A stretch of DNA of 64,000 bases. Source: Octopus vulgaris (lineage: Eukaryota). The DNA lies in the NCBI GenBank assembly GCA_951406725.2, contig OX597818.1, forward strand, positions 73,532,001 through 73,596,000, in the 5' to 3' direction. Under the pieces are notes generated by a model that searched no databases, was not told the origin of the DNA, and saw nothing but the letters and a program-made list of their open reading frames with translations. The position numbers and the translations under genes were made by a program. Below are positions 53,899 through 64,000 of this stretch, piece after piece; the first letter of the stretch is position 1, and each line of letters begins with the position of its first letter.

Positions 53899-54240
53899 TC
53901 TATTGTATAAAATCAGTTCTGTCTGTGTGTGTCTTCTAGGATCTCGGGAATCCTCTATCCGATTGAGCTCAAATTTGATATGGAGATACCGACGGCATCA
54001 GGGCGTGTATAAGTTTTGCAAAAATTACAAAAATCGATTCTATTTGAGAATGCGATCGATAAAGCCGTGGAAACGTGCATTTATAAGCGCAAGTACATCC
54101 GTCGAAATCCGTCTTTTGCTGGCGTCTCAAATTCAGGTTAAATCAGTGTTTCTCAAAAGGGATGCCTATGGGACGGTCGGACAAGTTGTTTTGAGAAAAT
54201 TTGGTTTAAATGTTTGATAACTCAGCACCATCCATTGAAT
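53899..54240 (+). mobile_element. 5' part of a non-autonomous Helitron-like element
   Basis: a|TCtattgtataaaatcagttctgtctgtgtgtgtc..ccgattgagctcaaattt resembles the 17182 and 57419 termini. No 3' hairpin seen. Confidence 0.45.
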
Positions 54241-54257
54241 GGGGGGGGGTTGCTCGT

Positions 54258-54288
<31 letters not shown>

Positions 54289-54528
54289 CTTATATAATTA
54301 TGTGTGTTATATACGTGTGAGTGTGTGTGTGTGTATATATATGTATTTATGCTTGTTTGTATCTCCCAAATGTTTTCTTTGTATTTGCAACCTTGTCAAC
54401 GGATGTCAACTCTGTCTGTTATCAGAGGTACGTTTCTTTTGTCTCTTTGTCGTATGTGAGCGCGCCAGCGTGCATGTCTGCTTGTGTGTGCTCATATCTA
54501 TGTATGTATGTATGTATGTATGTATGTA

Positions 54529-55786
54529 CGAGGGACGTTCAATAAGTAATGCCTCTGACCCACTTGCAGTAGTTTGATCTAGGTGAAATTGCGCATGTGC
54601 AAATATTTATATCTCTATAGATTAAGTGGCAAATTACAGCTCTGAACTAATTGTTGTTCTGATTTACAGGTGTTTGAACTGAGTCAAGTGTGAAATGGAG
54701 CCTGTTCAGTGGCGAGCAGTGATCCGGTTTTTGTATTTGAAAGGACAGAAATGAAAGTAACTTATGGTGATGATGCCCCATCATATGACCTTGTAAAACG
54801 CTGGCATCGTCAATTCAAACATGGTCGGAACTCTATGGAAACAGCTCCCAGATCCGGTACCCCCCTCTGCCATTGATGAGGCATCTGTCCGTCAAGTTGA
54901 GGCTGCCATTTTGGAATATTGACGCATAACTATTCGCCAAATAGCCCATGAGGTCAAGATTAGTACCGGGTCTGTGGAAACTATCATTCATGACCATTTG
55001 CATATGCAAAAGGTATCTGCCAGATGGATTTCCAGGTTGCTCACACCTTTCAAGAAGCAATAACGCGTCGAGTGCTCGAGGATGAATTTGGAGATGTGCC
55101 AAGAAGATGAGTCACAATTTTTCAAAAGACTAACTACACAGGATGAAACCTGGGTCAATCACTATGATCAAGAGACCAAAGCCCAGTCAATGCAGTGGAA
55201 GCACCGTGACTCACCTCCTCCAAAGAAGGCAAGGGTGCAGCCCTCTGTTGACAAGGTCATGCTCACAGTCTTCTGGGACCAGGACGGAGCAGTGATGACA
55301 GATTTCCTGGCAAAGGGTACCACAATTACAGGAGTCTATTATGCTTCACTTTTGAAGAAATTAAGAGAAGCTATCAAAATCAAGAGGCGGGGCAAGATCA
55401 GCAAAGGCATCCTCCTCCTGCAGGACAACGCTCCGGTCCACAACTCGCGTTTCGCCAGATCAGAAGCACAGGCGTGCGGCTATGAACTCCTCCCCCATCT
55501 CCTGACCTTGCACCCTCTGATTTTCACCTCTTCCCAACCATGAAGTTGTTTTTGAAAGGAAAGTGTTTCCCAGATAATGCAGCCTTGATTTCTGAAGTCA
55601 CGTCATGGATGGAGGACCAAGCTGGGGTCTTGTACAAAAACGGTCTCCAGAGCTGCATCAAACGATGGAAGAAATGCGCAAATCTGGGTGGTTCCTATGT
55701 AGAAAAAGACTAATAACTGTGCCAAGTTTCGTTGCTCTACCGCTATGGGAAGTGGGTCAGGGGCATTACTTATTGAACGCCCCTCA
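54529..55786 (+). mobile_element. Near full-length mariner (irritans-like) with defective transposase at 54695-55713
   Basis: TA|cgagggacgttcaataagtaatgcc..ggcattacttattgaacgcccctca|TA. Motifs MEPVQWRAVIRFL, ARWISRLLT, TQDETWV, LQDNAPVH and PDLAPSDFHLF; stops and frameshifts present. Confidence 0.95.
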
Positions 55787-56259
55787 TATGTATGCATGTA
55801 TGAATGGATGGGTGGATGGATGTACTCTGCATATTCATGTATTTGTGAGTGCGTGTGTGCTTTTGTGTGTGTATATATTTTTGTGCGTACCTCTGCTTTA
55901 TAGCGTGGTTGAGAGTGTCTATGTGCGTGCGTTTGTGTGATTATGTACGCACGACTGTTATGCATGGATGTATGTCTCTATTTGTATTTTTGTGTGAATG
56001 CATGTGCGTGAAGTGTGTTTGTATATATGATCATGTCTTTCTCTTTGTGTGTGTGTGTTCGTCTCTCCGTATTACCTATGTACCTATCTACATAGGTATC
56101 TGCCTACCGGCATAACTATTTACCTGCCCATATATTTACCTACTTAACTGTCTCGGGGCAAATGTACCTATCTATGTATATTCTGTATGTATTGGTGTAT
56201 CTCTACCTTCTACATGTATTTGCTTTTTAGTACGGGACACGTTTCATTTATGAGAACAT

Positions 56260-56960
56260 ACTCTTGTATTTGTCTGAGTGATAATTCCTTCGAGTGCCTG
56301 GATAAAATGTAGTAGTTAAGTCGACACAGTGAGCTTCCATGTTAGTCTTTGACTTGTTGATAGAGTATGGAGGACGGTTTCTTGCTATTATATTGCCTCA
56401 AGTGTTTGTCTATTCTTTCCGCTATACTTCTAGAGGTCTCTCCATTGTATGCCATGTTACTGTCCTAACAAACACTTCTCTGCATCTTATGATGTAGACT
56501 ACATTTCTAGCTTTACAGTCAATGCCAAGATTAATCTTACACATCATGCAGTTCTCATTAGTACATGTGGTATCTTTGAAGGGGTACATCCTACATAACT
56601 GCGATCTGATAGAGCTCTCTGGCTTCTCGACGATCTTAATGTTGAGTTTGTTCTCCTTCAAAGCATTCCTAAATTTACGAGCTGGAGCTAATTCCTCAGC
56701 ACCCCTCCTTGATATTTATCAACACTGTACCCATGCGTTCAGTCTCTTTGCTTTGTCACAAATCCTCTGTATAGTATTCCAGCATTTACCCTTGTATCTA
56801 GGTCGGCTGTCACTAGCTCCATTATATATGGTGCTATCTAATTTCTTTGTAGCTCCTCCGTATACACGAATCCCATCTTTCTGGTCATATCCAGAGAGCT
56901 TTGTATGACTTACTTTGGCTTCGCGTAAGAGGGGTGGCAACTTATTCATTATCCTAAATA
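56260..56960 (-). pseudogene. PLE GIY-YIG endonuclease fragment (another family)
   Basis: IKIVEKP..CTNENCMMC..CKARNVVYIIRC, then in a shifted frame YNGETSRSIAERIDKH. Confidence 0.75.
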
Positions 56961-56970
56961 AGTTCGTTAC

Positions 56971-57021
<51 letters not shown>

Positions 57022-57025
<4 letters not shown>

Positions 57026-57419
57026 CAGTATCGCCCGGCGTTGCTCGGGTTTGTAAGGGAAATAACTATATAAGCATTTTTAAAGATGTAAAGTATAATA
57101 GCCATCTCAATATGGCTAACCACAAAGGAAGGGGTGTTACTGTAGCTTTTTACGTTCTGAGATTTAATAATAAAATTTTAGAGAGTTACTTCCCTTATAT
57201 ATGCCAAAAATGCATTAAAAATGGGAAAAATTTATGGTAATTTTTTTTTTTTAATCGTAGGCTCATAGTAGACGCGCGCGAATACCCAGAAAGGCTCGAT
57301 ATGAATCACGACTATAAGATACCCGGTTTTGGTTAAACTGCACCGCAAAATGTGGGAGTAGTTAGGAATCTAAATCGAAGGAGACAGACAGCACACAACC
57401 TCACTTTTATATATAAAGA
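57022..57419 (-). mobile_element. Short complete non-autonomous Helitron
   Basis: Minus strand a|TCtttatatataaaagtgaggttgtgtgctgtctgtc ... cccgagcaacgccggg-cgatactg-CTAA|t. The hairpin resembles that of the 17182 element. Confidence 0.85.
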
Positions 57420-58749
57420 TATATATATATAGAATACAATTTGCAAGACGTTCTTCGTCCTGCGCTACAGGACCCTTGCGGGAGGATCCGGGCAGTGAGA
57501 ATGAACAGGAGAGCAGAGGGTTGGGAAGCAACTTTTCTATTGCACAACACGTATATATAAGTGTATGTGTGTGTGCGTGTGTGCGTACGTGCGCGTGATT
57601 GCATCTGCTTTTCCGTATGTTTCAGTCATTAGACTGCGGGCATGCTGCCGCAATGCCTTGATGAATCATTGGTCAAACGCATCGATCTCAGTAACTATTT
57701 TCAATATCTGGTATTTATTTTATTGAAGTCATTTTGCTGAACGGCTAGTTCACAGCGATGTAAACCACCTGCACGTCGTGTTGGTGGGTAAACCCTGACT
57801 CAAGCATAGACAGACAGATTGGCAAACACACACAGAAACAGACCCCCCACACACACACATATATATATGTATAAGAGATAAGGGCCTAAATCTTTGAAAG
57901 GGATGTTAAATATCCAAGTCCGTCGGTTCATTTCAAAGCAAAGAATATATAAAAATCTGTATATTGAATATCAATACAATGAAGAAAATATAATAAGGAA
58001 TGGAAAGTTAAAGTGTACAAATCAAAATACAAATGAGAGAAGAACCTAATTAAATAGCAAATGCAAAGTGTAAAACTGTAATTATCAAACTCTCAATAAC
58101 CTGTTAATCAAATTAAAGAAAATAAAAATCCTGAAAAGACCTCACTTATTTAAAAAAAATTAAAGACACATTCCTATAAATACGAAAATAATTCTCTTTG
58201 AATTTAACAGCATTCTTCTAGAAAATAAAATAAAAAATAATTCGTCAGAACAAAGGGAGCAGAATATACTACCAATCTTATAGGCCGGAGCCTTCAATAA
58301 AGAACGTATTATTATGATCTTTAAGATTGCAGATGAAATTACTAAGACTGGTAGAAGAAGCCGTATTTCTGTTTCTAAAGGAATGGTAATAATTCGAAAT
58401 CCTGTTCTTGAGATAATTATCAGAAGAACCAATATAAAAGTAATAATTACCCTCATAAATGACTTTAGCTTAATAAACTACTTCTTCACGTTTACAAAAA
58501 TTTCCAAATTAAAAATTTTCTTTGTTTCTACAATCACAAAGGGAATTTCCCCTCCTTTAACAATACTATTAGTAAAACTTAAATTTGAATCAAAACCATC
58601 ACTACCACCCTGGCTAATGGAAAATGAATAAAATTAGCATCCATGGAATCGATCTCGCTAATATCAAGTGAACTAATACCATGATAAAAAACGAATAATT
58701 CCTTCTCATTAATAGAAGAAATTCCGAGAAACCGAAAAAGCCACCTTAA

Positions 58750-60206
58750 GGGATCTCGGATTCAAAATCTCACAGTATCTACGTTTTTTTTTATTAAACT
58801 GTTTCAAACACACTTTATACACAGCCCCAACAAAGTTATTTTTAATTGACCACAAAGGGAATAATATACCATTTAATGTTATTCGTGTCGAAAACTAAAT
58901 TAGAATTACCTAGATTATTAACCTTATAGACCACCTTAGATTTATTACCTTTTAGCACGTAATTACATTTATATCTATGAACATTAGTAACTGGGGTTAA
59001 AGTATGATTCTCTTTGTTCTTTTGCGCATTTTCAGATTTATATTTATCTTCTGTTTAGATTTAGAATATTTTAAATGATTATTAGTAAGTTTCGATTGAT
59101 CAGTATAATCAGAGCTAGAAATGTTTAAGGTAATCAGTTTTCGTATTGTAACCAGCCTTATTAATAGCTCTATTACAGTAATCAGCGTTCTTATCAAAAA
59201 CTTCCTTACATGAGGATAAGGCAGAGATCCTTTTGGAAATATTGTAAATTAGAAATTTCTTAACATAGCCTGGATGATTACTTCCTGAATTAATATATTT
59301 CAGATAAGAGTTAAACGTATGATAAGGTTTGTAAATATCAGTTATCAAATTAACGTTGACATCGAGAGAGTTAACATATTCATTTCCATTTACTACGGTG
59401 ATAGATAGACAAAAATCACATTTAACCAGTGAAACTTCTTTCTATATAGATCTAATTTCTTATTAGAAACGTTTCTAACGGTGAACAATAAGTCATATAG
59501 TTATAAACCCCCAACAAGCTCCGGAAAATCACTCCCTAACTTTAGCAGAATATAAATACCTACTATATCCGTAACTTGAGCGGAATCTATCGATCCCATA
59601 GGAATATCAAAACCGTTGTAGCTAAACTTTCTAAATCAAAACTTATTTGCAAATGCAATTACAGATCTACTGGTTGCTAAAATGATTCGAAATTCCTCCA
59701 TACATAATTCTTTTTAGCAACTATTAAGGCCATATTAAAATCTGCTTGATTAATTGAAGAAAAATAACTATTAATATCTATTTGAATAAACCAATACCTA
59801 CCCTTAGTCTCAATATTTTTGAACTAATCAATAACATCAAAAGAGTTAGACAAAAGATGAAACTTAATTTTATCTTTGAGAACTGGAATATACTTAGTGA
59901 AAATGGCCTTACTAAGTCACACTATATTTGATTTTCCAAGGCAAATCAAGTGCACTCTAGGGTTACTATAAAATTATCCCTCTGGTCTTTTAGAATTAAA
60001 CTAGGTCTTTTAGGAACAAATGCTTAAGTCCTATCATCCAGATGATAATCTTCGTTATTACTTTTAGCAATTAAATTATTAGTACTCAAAACAGGTTTAT
60101 CTGCTATTTTATAAGTTTTGATAATTTCCTTTTATAATAGCTTGCGATAGAGATTCAAGTCAAGATTATATAAATTCCTCGTCTTTTCAGAATCAAGAAT
60201 AATGCG
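58750..60206 (-). pseudogene. Old degenerate PLE RT related to the 9662 element
   Basis: IILDSEKTRNLYNLD, DIPMGSIDSAQVTDIVGIYIL, YKPYH..YINSGSNHP..ISKRISALSSCKEVF. Confidence 0.8.
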
Positions 60207-60211
60207 TTACA

Positions 60212-60613
60212 ATGTTTTCGACGGCCCAAATCTATACCAGGAGATTCTTGCCCAAGTTGCAACGCAGTGGGACTAAGCCCAGAGCTATGTGCTTCTTACC
60301 ACACAGCACCGAACATATATCCATATATATATATACATACATTTATACACACACACACATATACATATATACTTTTATTTCTTTCAGTCAATTGAAAGTG
60401 ACCATGCTAGAGCACCATCGTAAAGGGTTCCCGTAGAAGAAATCGACCGCTGGACTTACACTTTTTAAGCCTAGTACTTATTCTATCGGTCCCTTTCGCT
60501 GAACCGATAAATTACGACGACATAGCACACCACCATCGTTTGTCAAGCGATGGCAGTGAGACAAAAACAGTGACCCACATACATATATATAAATACACAC
60601 GCAGATGTATGTG

Positions 60614-60658
<45 letters not shown>

Positions 60659-60838
60659 GCATATATATATGTGAGTGTGTGTACCACAGGCTTCTTTCAG
60701 TTTCCGCGTAGCAAAGAATCCACTCACAAGTTTTGTTAAGCCCGAGGCTATAGTAGAAACCACTTGCCGAAGTTGCCATGCAGTGGAACTAAACCCGGAT
60801 CTATGAGCTTGTGAAGCAAGCTTCTTACCAAACAGCAC
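60212..60838 (-). mobile_element. Two minus-strand SINE copies (39982 family)
   Basis: gcttcttaccacacagc at ~60291 and gcttcttaccaaacagc at ~60820; ccactcacaag..cccgaggctatagtagaa in the second copy. Confidence 0.75.
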
Positions 60839-61013
60839 CGAACATATATCCATATATGTATATATCTATATAGATTTGTACACATACATACGCGCACACA
60901 CGTACATACATACTCACACACATGTATGTATATATATATTTATACATATATATATATTATATGCATATTTTATACATATGAAGTTATATCCATATATCTA
61001 TCAATATATCTGG

Positions 61014-61048
<35 letters not shown>

Positions 61049-61090
61049 ATGTATGAATATATATCTGTGTCTCTCGCTCTCTCTCTCTCT

Positions 61091-61274
<184 letters not shown>

Positions 61275-61288
61275 ATATACATATATAT

Positions 61289-61435
61289 GAGAGGGTTTGC
61301 AATATTTGTCAAGTCACAACAAGGACCTCAAACAGACAGTACTTTACGCAATATGCGTGCAGTTCCAAGGAATGCCGACTTTTGCACTACATCTAAATTG
61401 TTGTGTATTTCTAAGGTTTTAAGATGTTTTCCTAC
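61289..61435 (-). mobile_element. 3' end of an RLE-type (R4/Dong-like) non-LTR element
   Basis: Minus strand [23 protein letters not shown] followed by a short 3' UTR ending near (TA)n. Confidence 0.7.
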
Positions 61436-61685
61436 TGTAGGCACAAGTTGTAAAATTTTGCGGGAGGAAGCTAGTCGATTATATCGACTCCAGTGCGTAA
61501 TTGGTACTTATTTTATCGCCCTGAAAGGATGAAATGTAAAGTCGACCTCGGTGGAATTGACCTCAGAACGTGAGACTGTTAGGGTTAACGTTAGGGTTCG
61601 GGTGAAGCCGGTCGAACTATTGCTTATCATTCCTTCCGGGTTGTTAAAACTCGACTACCTCGGTACTGTAATAATGATGATGATG

Positions 61686-61739
<54 letters not shown>

Positions 61740-61789
61740 GTAATAATAAGAGCGCATAACAACGGAAAGCGGCAGGACCAGACAAAATT

Positions 61790-64000
61790 CAAAGTTACTG
61801 GCTCAAGTGGTTTAGGTCAACACACAAGAGAATTGCGGTGCAATTAGACAATTGTCTACACTGTGGTGCAGTTCTGGAATGAATGGTAGAGGGAAAAAGA
61901 GCATTGTTCATGAAAGATCGGTCAAAGAGCAATGAAGTTGGCAATTAGCGACGCATTGCTTGTCTTAACTTCCTATGGAAATTATTAACGTGTCCTCATA
62001 GAGAAAATATATACGGTACTTGCGGAAACAATCTACTGCCAGTAGAAGGAAAAGAATACCGAAAAAGATCCAAGGGCACCGAGGAATACCTTGTTACCGA
62101 CAAGATTGGTGCCCCAGCGTGGCCGCGGCCTTCGGGCTAAAATATGTCTAAGGATTTAAGGATTTTAAGTATTTAAGTACTAAAATAAAGAAAAACTTAT
62201 GCATTGCATGGATACACTTCAAAAAGGCTTACGACTTGTATCCGCATTCATGGATTATGGAAATACTCGACCTGAGTGGAATAGCTGAGAACCTGTGTGC
62301 ATTGATTAAGAACAGCATGCCTAGTTGGAAAATATGTCTTTCCTGTAACAACCAGCATTTAGCCGAGGTAACAATCAAAAGAGTTATCTTCCAAGGCGAC
62401 TCTTGTTCACCTCTGTTATTTTTTATATGCTTGATCCCCCATTTTGTAGTCCTACGCAAAGTCAACGCATACTATGAGCTGAGAAAGAATGGACCTCGTC
62501 TCAACCACCTTCTCTTTCTTCATAGACGGTTTAAAACTGTTCGTAAAAATAGAGCCTGAAATGGAGAAGCTGGTTGAAACTGTGCAAATGTACAGCAAGA
62601 AAATACCGATTGAATTTGGTGGCAAGTTTAAAGGGAAGGAAGTTGGTATACAAACACGTCTATGGCTTGGATTGACTTTAAGAAGACATATTATATGATG
62701 CCTTATTCTTTGATTGTTCAATGTCTGCAGGTGTTTGGTGTTGCTGCAAATATCACCAATTTCCTGATGCCTAGCATGAAAGAGTGGAACACCAAATTGT
62801 AATGTATTCCTTGGAGAAGCTAATATTAAAAGGGGATTCTTCCAAGGTGACTCGTTTTCTCCGTTACTATTTGTAACAATGATACTAAGGAAAGTTACGT
62901 TGGCTTACTGATGCGGGAAGAAAGGCCCATCATTCAACCATCTGCTGTTTATGGATGAAAAAACAGATAGATTCCTCAACCAAAACAGCCCAGAAGTGTT
63001 GTAGGGACATCGATATAGAAGTTGGGACAGATATTCAATGCATAATATGCCCAGTACTTAATATGAAAAGAGAGACGAAAGCATCCTGCAAAATATTGTA
63101 GTTACCATCATGAGAGACCATGATTGAACCCGATAGTAGTGGGTATAAATATTTAGGGATTTCGGAGCTGGATGACATTCTACACAGAGAAATGAAAGTC
63201 AAGATCAGCGAGGAGTATCAAAAATGGTGAAGGTGGTGTTGAAATCCAGCCAGGATGCCAAAAATGTAATTACCGTAATGAATATCTGGGCAGTTGCAGT
63301 GGTCAGATATAGTGTGTCCATACTCAAATGGACTAAGGAGGAAATATCAACACTGGATGGAAGGATGAGAAAATTGATGACGCTGTATATGAAAAGAAAG
63401 AATGGTTGCAGAGGACAAATTAGCATAGACCATTGTATAAGGAGTGAAAGGAGAACATTTGCCGAATATTTGTTAAACAGTGAGAAAGACCTGCTGCAAT
63501 ATGCCGCGAAAGATAAGGGTGTAAATGGAGATGAAATGATGGGCAAGGAACAGTTTAACCAAAGGGTTGTAGAAAAAAGAAGACCATCTTCAAATAAGAA
63601 TGCACGGACAGTTTGAAATGAATACACAGGACATTAAGGATACTACAGAATCGTGGGCATGGCTTGAGCGAGATGATTCGAAGCGTGCCACCGAAAGACT
63701 GATCATTGCTGCACAAGTCCAGGCTCTCACTCCCAATTCAGTGAAGTATAACATCTATAAAACATCTCTCACAAAATTGCAGACTCTGTGGAAAGAGTGT
63801 GGAAAATGTGACCCATTTGGTATGTGGATGTGAGAGCCTTGCACAAAAAGAATACAAGCGCCGCCACGATCAAGTGTGTGTGTGTATCTTCATTGGCCCT
63901 TATGCCGTAAATACCAAAATGAAGTAATAGAGAACTGGTATGAACATGCACCAAGTAACGTTATGCAGGAGGACAGAAAAAGTAACTATAATTTGGGAAT
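61790..64000 (+). mobile_element. R4/Dong-like RLE non-LTR retrotransposon, degenerate, running off the window
   Basis: FKKAYDLYPHSWI, FQGDSCSPLLF, NHLLF, YKYLGI, NIWAVAVVRYS, HGQF, SWAWL, TERLIIAAQ, CRLC..VTHLVCGC zinc knuckle and YKRRHDQV. Lies just after (AAT)n at 61669-61749. Confidence 0.88.

Noticed and set aside
55082-55543. SETMAR-like domesticated gene
   Set aside because: It lies between TIRs with a TA duplication and has stops and frameshifts, so it is an ordinary dead mariner.
58160-58631. Ile/Leu-rich ORFs resembling mitochondrial membrane proteins (NUMT)
   Set aside because: No recognisable mitochondrial motif; this is AT-rich sequence next to a decayed PLE.
61579-61604. TTAGGG-like repeats
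   Set aside because: Only two exact units, too few to call an interstitial telomere.

Overview
AT-rich, microsatellite-saturated animal DNA with no recognisable intact host gene; it is probably intronic or intergenic. The (TA)n density and tRNA-derived SINE families suggest a cephalopod such as Octopus, but this is inference. Transposable elements dominate the window. There are several Penelope-like elements (PLEs), including a young RT + GIY-YIG copy at 9737-11677 (-) with a near-identical 1.18 kb inverted copy at 11678-12856. There are also three mariner transposase pseudogenes plus MITEs, Helitrons (one carrying a LINE ORF1-like fragment), RTE-, R4/Dong- and L1/Tx1-type LINE remnants, and many SINEs. 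The most notable hidden signal is non-coding: at least seven minimal type-I hammerhead ribozyme motifs (CUGANGA...GAAA-palindrome-UH). They sit in PLE 3' ends or in short microsatellite-bounded non-autonomous elements, alongside long fold-back hairpins and a palindrome centred on a (TA)n tract. A repeat-poor, CpG-richer island near 27.6-28.1 kb may be a host promoter. Most ORFs in the supplied track are microsatellite translation artefacts. All motif and pairing calls were made by eye.
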